Part shown: in pieces, positions 13,658 to 26,403 of the stretch
How the letters are laid out: the number at the start of each line of letters is the position of its first letter
How positions within the stretch are numbered: position 1 is the first letter of the stretch
From: Eledone cirrhosa
Taxonomy: Eukaryota
Length of the DNA: 64,000 bases
Reading direction: 5' to 3'
Assembly: GCA_964016885.1 (NCBI GenBank)
Contig: OZ024745.1
Coordinates: 7,626,001-7,690,000 of the forward strand
Program-made: the position numbers and the translations under genes
Notes under the pieces: model-generated
The model's input: only the letters and a program-made list of their open reading frames with translations
Told to the model about the DNA's origin: nothing
Databases searched by the model: none

Positions 13658-13699
<42 letters not shown>

Positions 13700-13922
13700 T
13701 GTATGTGTGAGAGAGTGTGTGTGTGAGAGAGTGTGTGTGTATGTGTGTGTGTGAGAGAGAGTGTATGTGTGAGAGAGTGTGTGTGTGAGAGAGAGTGTGT
13801 GTGTGTGTGAGAGAGAGAGTGTATGTGTGAGAGAGTGTGTGTGTGAGAGAGAGAGTGTATGTGTGAGAGAGTGTGTGTGTGAGAGAGAGAGTGTATGTGT
13901 GAGAGAGTGTGTGTGTGAGAGA

Positions 13923-13953
<31 letters not shown>

Positions 13954-13990
13954 TGTGTGTGTGTGTGTGAGAGAGTCAGGGAGAGAGAGA
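12600..13990. repeat. (GT)n/(GA)n compound minisatellite
   Basis: Repeats of gagagagtgtatgtgtgagagagtgtgtgtgt. Confidence 0.95.
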
Positions 13991-14082
13991 GAAAGGGTGG
14001 ATGGAAGATAGAAATTAAATTTGAATTTGGAAAACTACATTTTTATGTAAAACACCAGAATGGTAGATCTAACCTTTTCATC

Positions 14083-14101
14083 AGTAGTAGTAGTAGTAGT
14101 A

Positions 14102-14164
<63 letters not shown>

Positions 14165-14219
14165 GCTACTACTACTGCTACTACTACTGCTACTACTACT
14201 ACTACTACTACTACTGCTG

Positions 14220-14275
<56 letters not shown>

Positions 14276-14342
14276 GCTACTACTACTACTACTGCTGCTG
14301 CTACTACTACTACTTCTACTACTACTACTGCTGCTCTTACTA

Positions 14343-14373
<31 letters not shown>

Positions 14374-14402
14374 AGCTCCTGCTATTACTACTACTATTGC
14401 TG

Positions 14403-14463
<61 letters not shown>

Positions 14464-14665
14464 CACCACCACCACCACCACCACCACCACCACTACTACT
14501 ACCACCACCACCACCACCACCACCACCACCACCACCACCACCACCACCACCACCACCACCACCACTACTACCACCACCACTACTACTACTACCACCACCA
14601 CCACCACCACCACCACCACCACCACCACCACCACCACCACCACCACCACCACCACCACCACCACC

Positions 14666-14698
<33 letters not shown>

Positions 14699-14714
14699 TC
14701 TACTACTAATACTA

Positions 14715-14789
<75 letters not shown>

Positions 14790-14800
14790 ACACCACCATC
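14083..14800. repeat. Trinucleotide microsatellite (TAC/TGC/CAC)n
   Basis: Direct inspection; gives homopolymer ORFs in several frames. Confidence 0.95.
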
Positions 14801-16199
14801 ATCATTATCTTCATCAACATCAAACCTTCCTCCCTTGCCCATCAATTTCTCTCCCCACCTCTCTGTCTATATATATATGTATATTGTTATACTTTGGGAG
14901 GGTCATGTTGCCAATAAGAAACACACCCACCAGTTGCTTTCACTTCAATTTATTATAATAAATTTATAAATTTAGGAATTTATAAATTTCCGGTTGGTTG
15001 GTTGGTTCCACAACCAGATGGTTGTTTATATATTGTCAAAGTTCTTTCGTCACACATTATGTGACCTCTTCAGTGACTGGGGATTCTTTTCTTTGTTTTT
15101 TGTGCCTCTTCTTTGTTTTGTCCTACGCCATCTCTCTCTCTCTTCACCAATAATGTCAGTGTTAATCCCTCCTTTGTAAGTGAGTCTCAGCCCCAGCTGA
15201 CCAGCAATCACATTCTAAAGTAGGAATCTCAAACTCAAGGACTCAAAAGGGCCATTACGTCCTGAGTGAGAGGCACAGCAGGGCCAAAATGGAAAGAGGG
15301 GTGGTGACATGATTTCCACCAGTTACAGTTTCTATTTATTATACCTCTGACAGTAAGTTGGATTTGTGAATTTGTACAAAATGTTAGGTAACAAATTTTC
15401 CGTGTTAAATCTCCCTTAATTGGTCACGAAAATTGTTCTGTCGTGGACCATAGAAATGTAGTTTGTGGGCCGCATGTTTGAGATGGTTGGTGTAAAGAAA
15501 GAACAAATTGGACAAAGTAAGTCATACATACTCCTCATTACGTAGTTAACACGGCTGGAATGACTGTAATCAGATGTCTATTCGAGGCTGACCTAGGGCT
15601 AAACAACAACAATAACAAGGAAAACAATCAATCTATAAAGTTAACCACAGATATTTGGGAAGAAGACGCTACCAGAGATCTGGTCTCAACGAATTGTTGG
15701 TAATTTTATAGAAAATATAAAGAGTAGTATATAATAGGTCTTGTGAGGGGTCCCTTCTTCACCCCACCCCCGGAAACATTTCTTTCTACTTCTCACGGCA
15801 CACTTCTTTCGTTTATATTTCCACTCCCGTCCACCCAGTTCACCCCGGTCCACCCCGGTCCACCCTGCTCACCCCCCGTTCACACCACATCATTCGTCTA
15901 CCTATTTCAGTGATTATATTCTTTGTAAGATTAATAGGTCACCATATGAGAAGGAGGTGTGTTGTTGCATGAAAGAACAGCTTCTAAAGTTTGTCGGTGT
16001 CTGTTAACACTTACCCCCCCCCCCCCCCACACACACACACATATGGTTGACGGCTGAGAGAAAAGAGTACTCAATACCGAAGTAGAGTTTTAATATTTAT
16101 TTTTATCAAGGCTAAATATTATTATTGTTATTCTGGTGACCCTGTGATAAACAGGCCAACTCCAGAGTAACAAGACTCACTATTTAGCCTTAATAAAAA

Positions 16200-16243
<44 letters not shown>

Positions 16244-16762
16244 TGTGTGTGTCAGTGTGTCTGACCGTTTCCTTTTAATATCTGCCTGAGAGCTGTGGCT
16301 TGGTAGCATCGTTAGAGCTTATGACATTCATTCCAGCTCTTTACGCACTAAATTCATTATTTATTATTTTCTATTCATTGGAAGCTAGGCTTCACAGGAA
16401 CAGAAAGAACACAACTAGTTAGGAAATTACAAGTACAATCTATTAATGGAACAGTAAAAATGTGTAAAGCATTCCAAAATGCATCTAATAACTGCATATA
16501 CACTTGTACAGATACAAAACGTATACACATGCACACATACAACTCAAAACATACACATCCACACATACAATAACATCCATATCTACACATGCAGACATAC
16601 ATATCTACCTAGTTGATGTTGTGTAAATTCCAATGTGAGAGTCTTGTGTCTATGTTAGAAACCGACTCTCTCTCTATTGGTAAAAATTTGTGAAATTATA
16701 AAACCAGAAGGACATACATACATATATAAATACATACATACATACATACATACATACATACA

Positions 16763-16796
<34 letters not shown>

Positions 16797-16814
16797 CATA
16801 CATACATACATACA

Positions 16815-17170
16815 TGGTGGCTGCCAACTCGTTTTCGAGTACGGCCACTACTTTATATCCATGTAGGAGAAACCCTACCGATGCGCTGAACGAGTGTGAC
16901 TTTTTAGTCCAGCCAGCGACTTGAAAACTCTGGTACAAACACTACACCTGTGACAATTACTGACACATAGTGCTGGGCCCATGGTACCATGTGATGACAA
17001 GTGCAGAGAGATCTCAAGATATAAAGCAATGCCTGTGCCGTGAAGCTTTTATAGTGAGCAAAGGCATTGCACAAAGCCAGTCCCACTCTCTTAACCAAGA
17101 TGATATTTACCAAAAAGAAGAACAAGTCAACATCATTGGATACCATCAGGGTTGCAGGTGTTATATCATA
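16815..17170 (-). mobile_element. Second RTE-type 3' fragment inserted in the (CATA)n tail
   Basis: Ends TGGCCGTACTCGAAAACGAGTTGGCAGCCACCA(TGTA)n, like the RTE end TGGCCATACTCGA..GGCAGCCATCA; absent from the right arm. Confidence 0.55.
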
Positions 17171-17218
17171 CATATATGATGGCTGCCCCTTCGTTATCGA
17201 GTATGGCCATTGCACGAG

Positions 17219-17249
<31 letters not shown>

Positions 17250-17252
<3 letters not shown>

Positions 17253-17593
17253 AAAGAATAGAGGTGTAACACACGAGTTGTGATATATTGGTAAAAGGAA
17301 AAGAAAATGCTGACAAATTGTTCCCAGTGAAAAATAGTTTAATTAGGAATAAGTAAAAATTAGTAATAAGTATTGGTTAGTATTCAGTTTTGGTTTTAAG
17401 TTTTTACCGGTTGCGCATTTCTAATGCTTTTCAAAAATAATTTTGAGATAGAGCGCCCGTGATGTTTGCTCTAATCAGATTAGAGCATTAGAATACTAAC
17501 CAATACTTTTTACTAATTTTTACTTATTCCTAATTAAACCATTTTTCACTGGGAACAATTTGTCAGCATTTTCTTTTCCTTTTACCAATATAT
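17250..17593 (-). mobile_element. Penelope-like fold-back element
   Basis: Arms 17283-17385 and 17491-17593; HHR remnant GAAATGCGCAAC on the minus strand; inside (TA)n. Confidence 0.6.
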
Positions 17594-17726
17594 ATATATA
17601 TATATTAATAACAATAATAATAATAATAACAACAATAATAATAACGACAACAACAACAATAATAAGATACATATATATATACACACGCACACACATAAAC
17701 ATATCTATACACACACACGATAGCAA

Positions 17727-18326
17727 CTAACAGCGCTGCGATCGAATGTTGCTTTTTAGCCCAGCCAATGATCTAAAATGTCTTGCACAGAGTCGGCAAC
17801 CAAAACATTCACTGGGAATAGTCTGCTGTGGTTGGAGTTCGTGTACTTTTGCATGTCGCTTGATTCCCCCTGCTGATTTACATTTTCTACCACATGTTTG
17901 GCAAGCATGATGAATAGCATCTCCAACAGCAGCCTGGTAGTCAACCACTGGTCTTACTTTATGACTGCGAAGATGACTTTCGAGTCCAGCTTTGCTTAGG
18001 CAGAGTCTCGCACATACGCTGCATGTCAGCACCATAGGAGGACCCTCGCCGTCTGGAAGTGCAACAGCAATGCCCTTCCTCACATCCCGCTTTACTTTCT
18101 CGTATGCGATTCGAGATGCCTCAAAGGCAACTTTTCCCTCATATGCAGTCTTTCTCCATTTATTACGATCAACAGCAATATTTTCCCATCTATCAGCAGA
18201 GATGTTAGCGTCTTTCAAAGAGGCTTTCAAGGAATCCTTATACCTCTTTTTTTGTTTATGTGGCGGTCGTTTTCCTTTAACTAACTCTCCATAAAAGAGT
18301 TGTTTTGGTATTCTAGAATCCTTCAT
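17727..18326 (-). pseudogene. RTE-clade LINE ORF C-terminus with three C2H2 zinc fingers (5'-truncated)
   Basis: MKDSRIPKQLFYGEL..GKRP..KKRYKDSLK..WE..A.DR.KWR; CSVC..HLRSH, CQTC..HAKVH, CRLC. Confidence 0.9.
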
Positions 18327-18464
18327 GTATGAAGGTATGTAAGGGAGCTTATAGATAGGACGACACACGCTGTCTTTTTCGTGGGGTAAGTTTTTAATTA
18401 ATTTTTGTATTCTGAAACATCAAAATACAACAATTTTTTGGTCACTGGACTCGGGAAGTCACAA

Positions 18465-18707
18465 CATATATACATACATATATACATACATATATACACA
18501 TATATACATATATACATATATATACATATATATATACATACATATATACATACATATATACATACATATATACACATATATACATATATACATATATACA
18601 TATATATACATATATATATACATACATATATACATACATATATACATACATATATATACATATATACATATATACATATATATATACATATATATATACA
18701 TATATAT

Positions 18708-18738
<31 letters not shown>

Positions 18739-18782
18739 CATATATATATACATATATATATACATACATACATATATACATA
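18465..18782. repeat. (CATA)/(TA) compound microsatellite
   Basis: Direct inspection. Confidence 0.95.
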
Positions 18783-18864
18783 GATGCTATTTTTTATATC
18801 AATCAATTTTTTTTATTTATTGTTAATGTTTTTACTATTTTGTAGTAGTTTTTTTTTAATAGGA

Positions 18865-18990
18865 CCGTAAAAAACGAGGTCCCTAATAAAACGGGGACCC
18901 TAAAAACGGGGACCCTAATAAAACGGGGACCCTAAAAAACGGGGACCCTAATAAAACGGGGACCCTAATAAAACGGGGACCCTAAAAAAA
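18865..18990. repeat. Short tandem repeat aaacggggacccta(at)a
   Basis: About 7 copies. Confidence 0.9.
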
Positions 18991-19421
18991 GTCAGGTTTA
19001 CTTGGACATGAAGAAGAAAAAATAGGGATAAACTGTGGCAAATAGTTTTATGATTTAGAGGGAGTAGAGGTGGTAGTAGTGAGAAGAGAGGGGGAGCGGG
19101 AGAGGGGGAGAGGGAGAGGAGGGAGTAGAGGTGGTAGTAGTGAGAGGAGAGGGGGAGAGGTGGTAGTAGTGAGAGGTGAAAAGAAGTAAAGGGAGACAGG
19201 GGGGGGGGGGTGCAGAGAAATAAAATATATTTTTACACTTCAAAAGTAACTTAACATGTAGGTCAGAATAACAACAGTGTGGGTGTCTACATGTGTGTGG
19301 CGTGTGTGTAGATGTCTACATGTGGGTATGTGTGTGTAAGTGTGTCTACATGTGTGTATGGGTGCGTTTTCTATGCGTATTTATTTATCTCCATTTATGT
19401 ACATTTGTATCATTAAACAGT

Positions 19422-19544
<123 letters not shown>

Positions 19545-19590
19545 AAAATAACAGGAGGCTGGACTTGTGTAAATCCTTGAAAGGTTTATT

Positions 19591-19648
19591 ATACTATGAT
19601 CATTTCAATGACCGGGTTCCGTATGAATCCGGTGATATCATCAGGTAT
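19591..19648 (-). ncRNA. Minimal hammerhead ribozyme motif (inverted copy)
   Basis: Reverse complement of 19828-19885. Confidence 0.7.
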
Positions 19649-19827
19649 TCGAAATATAATAAATGAATGTAACAGATAAAATCCATGGGGCTGAAAATCA
19701 TAGACCAAATAGCCAGCACTTGAGGGCGACCGGCTAAAATGGAAGATGCTAGATGGTCGGTCTTCCTCGGGTCTATGATTTTCAGCCCCATGGATTTTAT
19801 CTGTTACATTCATTCATTATATTTCGA

Positions 19828-19885
19828 ATACCTGATGATATCACCGGATTCATACGGAACCCGGTCATTGAAATGATCATAGTAT
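19828..19885 (+). ncRNA. Minimal type I hammerhead ribozyme motif
   Basis: ATAC-CTGATGA-stem II (ACCGG..CCGGT)-GAA-ATGATCAT(palindrome)-A^GTAT. Confidence 0.75.
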
Positions 19886-20075
19886 AATAAACCTTTCAAG
19901 GATTTACACAAGTCCAGCCTCCTGTTATTTTATTATAATATTTAACTCCGTATTCGCACCACCAACTACACAAACGAAGGCGGTTGAGCTGCTTTACGTT
20001 GAGTACTCTCCATATTATTACATCAAGATTGACCATACGGAATGACCAGCTCTATACAGTGGTAAACCTCAAACC

Positions 20076-20144
<69 letters not shown>

Positions 20145-20262
20145 TCTTTTACCTGTTCCAGCCATCCGGCTGAGGTCATAAATATTTATAATCATATAAA
20201 TAAACAATTGTATTTATACACACACACATACAGAATATATATATATGTATATATATATATAT

Positions 20263-20694
20263 AAACGGAAAAAATGAAACGAATTTAATTTCTCACTCTT
20301 AGTACGGCTGTTACTTAAATATAAGTATGTATACGTACATACATATATGTATACAGACGTACAGTAGTGTGTATATATATATACATACATGCACACATAT
20401 ATATATGTACGTATGGATTCACCGAACATTTATTATAATGATCGGTGTGTTTGTAAACAGACATCCCGAATTAAGCCGTACAGTGTCTAGCAACCATCGT
20501 TGCTCATTTGTTCAACACTGACAAAGGAACGCTGTACTAGTTTCAAGCTTATTAGCTATCGTCAGCAACGTATACCTTCCTGCCAGATGGTTGAACGGTG
20601 AATCCATACGTACATATATATATGTGTGCATGTATGTATTTACATATACATACTACTGTACGTCTGTATACATATATGTATGTACGTATACATA

Positions 20695-20701
<7 letters not shown>
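20263..20701 (-). mobile_element. Penelope-like fold-back element
   Basis: Arms 20319-20424 and 20596-20701; tail 20263-20318; HHR in the loop; inside (TA)n. Confidence 0.75.
20529..20571 (-). ncRNA. Minimal type I hammerhead ribozyme motif, intact core
   Basis: ACGTTG-CTGACGA-TAGCT AATA AGCTT-GAAACTAGTA^CAGCGT. Confidence 0.8.
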
Positions 20702-20737
<36 letters not shown>

Positions 20738-20878
20738 TTCAAATGACATAACTTTATCAGTTTCCCATTCTACAAATGTTCCAACAACAGAGAATATATA
20801 TACATATAAACCACAATTAAATATATAATTATTCCTCATTAGACAATAAATGGTGATCTTGGATTGGGAATAACCAAT

Positions 20879-21400
20879 ACACACACCTGTATAGAAACAC
20901 CTACAACTACACACCTGTATAGAAACACCTACAACTACACACCTACAAATACACACCTGTATAGAAACACCTACAACTACACACCTGTATAGAAACACCT
21001 ACAACTACACACCTGTATAGAAACACCTACAACTACACACCTGTATAGAAACACCTACAACTACACACCTGTATAGAAACACCTACAACTACACACCTGT
21101 ATAGAAACACCTACAACTACACACCTACAACTACACACCTGTATAGAAACACCTACAACTACACACCTGCAACTACACACCTGTATAGAAACACCTACAA
21201 CTACACACCTACAACTACACACCTGTATAGAAACACCTACAACTACACACCTGCAACTACACACCTGTATAGAAACACCTACAACTACACACCTACAACT
21301 ACACACCTGTATAGAAACACCTACAACTACACACCTACAAATACACACCTGTATAGAAACACCTGCAACTACACACCTGTATAGAAACACCTACAACTAC
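20879..21400. repeat. 28-bp minisatellite with a 14-bp subunit
   Basis: acacacctgtatagaaacacctacaact interspersed with acacacctacaact. Confidence 0.95.
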
Positions 21401-21943
21401 AAACATTACAAGATAAAAGGAAAAAAAACCTAACTCCAAGGAAATCTCTACTAAAGAACTTTTTCCTTCCCTTTCTCCTTCATTCCTCTATTTGTTGATA
21501 TTTCTTCTCCCCTATAATGTTATTCTATCTGTTGCTAACATTAGATCTGTTTCTCACTATTGCGTCGTATCCCAGTTTTTGTTAATTTAGGCCCAAGGCC
21601 ACCAATTTTGGGAGGAAAGTCGGTTGTCGTAACTAAATAACTGAAGGTATTTTGTCTAACGCTCCAACAATTCTACAAATCCGCCATCTTTATTGAAAGA
21701 ATGACAGCCTCAGCTGATGAAAGTGATGCACTTTTACAATATTACGGATTAAATTTGGTAAAATATTGGAAATCCAATTTATATAAAATAAACTTTCATT
21801 TTGCTGTCGATTCGGGAATTTGGAACTAGATTGAAGATAAAGTAAAAACAAAGAAAATAAATTAACTTCATTGAGAATCAACTGCTGTTCGTTCTATTAC
21901 AGTCTCCATTTTGGGAGATAAAAAATTCGTTATTTACACAGAA

Positions 21944-22128
21944 GGCGGTGAATTGGCAGTATCGGTAGAGAGTCGGACGCCATGCTTTCCAGCATAGTTA
22001 CGTCCCTTGACGGTCTGAGTTCAAATCCCGCTGAGGTTCACTTTGCCTTTCATCCTTACGGGGTCGATAAAATAGAGTACCAGTAATGTACTGGGTAATT
22101 GTTGGCCTTGTACCAAAAGTAGAAACAA
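21944..22128 (+). mobile_element. SINE family 2, full length
   Basis: Target-site duplication ttatttacacaga (21930-21942 and 22129-22141). Confidence 0.9.
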
Positions 22129-22258
22129 TTATTTACACAGAGTTTCACACTCACACATATGTTATATTTCTAGTTTCCTTTGTACATATATCGTTGTTCA
22201 TGACATCATCTTTTCCTATTTCACTGACAAACTCTTTCCTTACTATTTAACAAATAAC

Positions 22259-22443
22259 TGTTTCTACTTTAGGCACAAGGCCAGCAAATTACCCAGTACA
22301 TTACTGGTACTTTATTTTATCGACCCCGTAAGGATGAAAGGCAAAGTCAACCTCGGCGGGATTTGAACTCAGATCGTAAAGGGACGTAACTATGCTGGAA
22401 AGCATGGCGTCCGACCCTCTATCGATACTGCCAATCCACCGCC
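22259..22443 (-). mobile_element. SINE family 2, full length
   Basis: Target-site duplication ctatttaacaaataac (22243-22258 and 22444-22459). Confidence 0.9.
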
Positions 22444-23191
22444 CTATTTAACAAATAACGCTGTCTCATTGTTTGCCTGAGTGTGCATTTATTTAGTAGA
22501 GTATTTTAAGTTTAAAGTCAACATTCACACCTGGTTGCCTGTGTTAGGCGTCAAGCTGTATAGACGTTTAGCTATCAGCTTGTGTGTGAAGTATGTTTGT
22601 GTCTGCGTCTGTGTATTTAAAAAGGATAAGTTTTGATTTTGCCAGTGACCACAAGGAGAAAGAAATTAAAACCTGCTGAACTTAAACTGACCCAAATCAA
22701 ACTGGATTTATATCTGAGGTTGGAGACGTGGAAGAGAAAGAAGAAAGAGAAACCATCATACAATAGTAGCCGCCAGTCAATAAATTTTATTGGTAACTTC
22801 ATGTTATTTCTTCATCAATGGTCGCCATAAAAGTTTCGGGAGTCTTCCTTTCATTTATATGTTTAGTTATTTATTTATCTCTCCCTCTCTAGTTCTCTTT
22901 CACTTTCTAGCTTTAGCTCTCTCTCTCTCCCATTCACCCCCTTCCTTTCTCCTTCACCCCCTCTCTGCCCTTTTCCCCTCTCTCTCATCCTTCCCTTCTC
23001 CCTCTTTCTAGCTTTACCTCTATCCCCCTCTCACCATTCTTTATTGTCATTCCAACCATCCGTTTCCATGACCCAGACTTAACAGCTGTGAACTTTAATA
23101 TAAAAACTTTGTATTCGGCCAGGCAAACGGCGTTTTATGGCCACCAGAACGTCACCCTAGAATAAAAATAAATGAATACATCCAGCCATCT

Positions 23192-23292
23192 AGGGAGCCA
23201 CTACTTGGTCACCTGATCTGCTAGATATAGCAGCCAAATCTCCTTTAAACCCCACCATACTGTCTTAACATATGAAATGGACATATTGGTCA
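23192..23292 (+). repeat. Old interspersed repeat (family 3); related pieces at about 7983-8042 and 28030-28215
   Basis: Shared GAGCCAC..TGGTCAC..CTGCTAGA.ATAG.AGCCAAATCTC. Confidence 0.55.
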
Positions 23293-23374
23293 TGTATGTA
23301 CGTACGTATGTATGTATGTATGTATGTATGTATGTATGTATGTATGTATGTATGTATGTATGTATGTATGTATG

Positions 23375-24423
23375 ATGCTTTCGGAAAGCTAGAAAGGCGA
23401 CTCTGGGGTCGGCGAGACATATGCAAGAAGACAAAGGTAAAGGTGTACAAGGCATGTGTGCTCTCTTCTCTTCTTTATGCCTGCGAGACCAGGGTCACAT
23501 ATCGACACCACCTTAAGCAATTGGAGCGTTTGCATCAGATGTGTCTCAGACGGATCCATGGCGTTCACTGGAGGGACCACATCAGTGATGTCGAGATTTT
23601 GGAAAGCTCTGTGTGACAGTATAGAAGCTCTTGTGCTTAAGCAACGACTCCGTTGGAGTGGTCACCTTGCCAGGATGAAGGATTCTAGAATACCAAAACA
23701 ACTCTTTTATGGAGAGTTAGTTAAAGGAAAACGACCTCCACATAAACAAAAAAAGAGGTATACGGATTCCTTGAAAGCCTCTTTGAAAGACGCTAACATC
23801 TCTACTGATACATGGGAGAATATTGCTGCTGATCGTAATAAATGGAGAAAGACTGTATATGAGGGAAAAGTTGCCTTTGAGGCATCTCGAATCGCATACG
23901 AGAAAGTAAAGTGGGATGTGAGGAAGGGCATTGCTGTTGCACTTCCAGACGGCGAGGGTCCTCCTATGGTGCTGACATGCAGCGTATGTGCGAGACTCTG
24001 CCTAAGCAAAGCTGGACTCGAAAGTCATCTTCTCAGTCATAAAGTAAGACCAGTGGTTGACTGCCAGGCTGCTGTTGGAGATGCTACTTATCATGCTTGC
24101 CAAGCATGTGGTAGAGAATGTAAATCAGCAGGAGGGCTCAAGCGACATGCAAAAGTACGAACTCCAACCACAGCCGACTATTCCCAGTGAATGTTCTGAT
24201 TGCCGACTCTGTGCAAGACATTTTAGATCATTGGCTGGGCTAAAAAGCCACATTCGATCGCAGCGTTGTTAGTTGCTATCGTGTGTGTGTGTGTGTATAG
24301 ATATGTTTATGTGTGTGCGCGTGTGTGTATATATATATGTATATGTATATTATTATTGTTGTTGTTGTCGTTATTATTATTGTTGTTGTTATTATTATTA
24401 TTATTGTTATTACTATATATGTA

Positions 24424-24462
<39 letters not shown>

Positions 24463-24695
24463 CGGAGGAAACGTGGTAAGGAACCAGGTGGACCATAACG
24501 CACCAAAGTACTCAATACTTAGGGATGTAGAGTGGGTAATAGGAAAAAGTAGGACCCCGACGGCTGAGCTTAAGCCGTTTCCAGAATTAGCCGTCGAAAC
24601 GGCTTGAGCTCAGCCGTCGGGGTCCTACTTTTTCCTATATATATATATATTTTCTTTCTCGTGCAATGGCCATACTCGAGGGGGCAGCCATCACG
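23375..24695 (+). mobile_element. 5'-truncated RTE-clade LINE with C-terminal C2H2 fingers and a (TATG)n tail; frameshifted
   Basis: AFGKLERRLW..TKVKVYKACVLSSLLYACET; RLRWSGHLARMKDSRIPKQLFYGEL; frameshifts near 23610 and 24158. Confidence 0.92.
24461..24638 (-). mobile_element. Penelope-like fold-back element, family A copy 2
   Basis: Arms 24539-24581 and 24596-24638; near-identical to 11871-12070. Confidence 0.7.
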
Positions 24696-25203
24696 TATGT
24701 ATGTATGTATGTATGTATGTATGTATGTATGTATGTATGTATGTATGTATGTATGTATGTGTGTATGTGTGTATGTATGTATGTATGTATGTATGTATGT
24801 ATGTATGTATGTATTTATATATATATGTATGTCCTTCTGGTTTTATAATTTCAAAAATGTTTGCCAATAGAGAGAGAATCGGTTTCTAACATAGACACAA
24901 GACTCTCTCATTGGAATTTACACAACATCAACTAGTTAGATATGTATGTATGCATGTGTAGATATGGATGTTATTGTATGTGTGGATGTGGATGTTTTGA
25001 GTTGTATGTGTGCAGGTGTATATGCTTTGTATCTGTACATGTGTATATGCAGTTATTAGATGCAAGATTTTTGGAATGTTTTACATACTTTTACTGTTCC
25101 ATTAATGGATTGTACTTGTAATTTCCTAACTAGTTGTGTTCTTTCTGTTCCTGTGAAGCCCAGCTTCTTAAGATTTGTATTGAGGCAGTTACTAACATTA
25201 TTA

Positions 25204-25312
25204 TTCAAGTCCCGCCGTGGTTAACTTTGCCTTTCATCCTTACGGGGTCGATAAAATAAGGTACCAGTAATGTACTTGGTAATTGCTGGCCTTGTGCCAA
25301 AAGTAGAAACAA
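25204..25312 (+). mobile_element. SINE family 2, 5'-truncated
   Basis: Matches the 3' half of the full-length copies. Confidence 0.85.
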
Positions 25313-25899
25313 TCATTTCCTTCCTGCTCATAAATCTGGGCAAGATAGTTGCTGACCTTTTTCTCTTCTGTTGAAGATGTTGCTTCAGTGTTACTATCCG
25401 GGTCGCGTATGATGTTAATATGGATTTTAGACCCCGGCCACCTTCCTTGCGTGAGAAGTATAGCCTATCCACATCACCATTGATGTTAAAATTTCCAGTA
25501 ACACCGAGAAGCTTGAAAGTTCTTACATCCATCTCACTTAGTTTTTGCAATGACCAGTTCAGCAGGCCAAATGTTGGCGTTAGGATTGAGACAGCATAAG
25601 TATTGTGGGCAATGTATTTGTTGTACGCTGAGAGTTCTGATGACCACATTTTCTTTACTCTTCTGAGGTATTCAGTTCTGGTTCTCTCCTTATTTATGGG
25701 TCCATCATATCTGACATTCTCATCCTGTCCAAGATATCTGCAGTTGTCACCTGACTGTAGAGGTTGTATTGTCAGGCCGTTCATCTCTAGATTTCCAGAG
25801 GAGAGCACAACCCTTCCACGTTTTACTGTCAAATATGCACACTTGGACTCACCAAATTTCATTTTGATATCTGCAGAAAATTGTGCAATGAGGTCCAGT

Positions 25900-25900
<1 letters not shown>
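25313..25900 (-). pseudogene. Non-LTR reverse transcriptase fragment, R4/Dong-like
   Basis: FSADIKMKFGESKC, RYLG, YNKYIAHNTYAVSILTPTFG..W, RLYFSRKEGGRGLKSI. Confidence 0.8.
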
Positions 25901-25950
<50 letters not shown>

Positions 25951-25952
<2 letters not shown>

Positions 25953-26066
25953 CAAAGAGGGAGTGGTAAGATACCAGGTGGACCATAACGCACCAGAGTA
26001 CTCACGAGTTCGGATCTAGCTGTCGAAACGGCCGGAGCTCAGCCGTCGGGGTCCTGATTCTTTTCC

Positions 26067-26069
<3 letters not shown>
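25951..26069 (-). mobile_element. Family A copy 3 (internally deleted)
   Basis: Same tail, joined directly to the inverted arm CGAAACGGCCGGAGCTCAGCCGTCGGGGTCC. Confidence 0.65.
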
Positions 26070-26100
<31 letters not shown>

Positions 26101-26351
26101 TCACAATTTTCAATCATATTTTATTATTTGTTTGACCCGAATAGTTTGGTCGTTTCTATGGCTTTGCGGATAATGGTTTAACCATCGTCTCAGTGTGTTT
26201 GGCCTTTTAACTTACGTTGTTGCTCTAGTTCACTAGTTTCTATGGAGCGTGTGCCACACATCTCGGAAGTTGTTTTTCGCTAATTTCCAAATTTCCAATA
26301 GCCGAAATGCGATTCTCGCTAATTTATATTTGTATTCAAATTTATTATTAT

Positions 26352-26403
<52 letters not shown>

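Larger units (their letters stand above)
16381..18326 (-). repeat. Left arm of an inverted duplication (mate 23674-25167)
   Basis: Reverse-complement match covering the RTE 3' part, the microsatellite-rich UTR, the (TATG)n tail and about 340 bp of flank. Confidence 0.9.

Noticed and set aside
14035-14969. Poly-T/V/S/H/P ORFs resembling mucins
   Set aside because: Trinucleotide microsatellite open in most frames.
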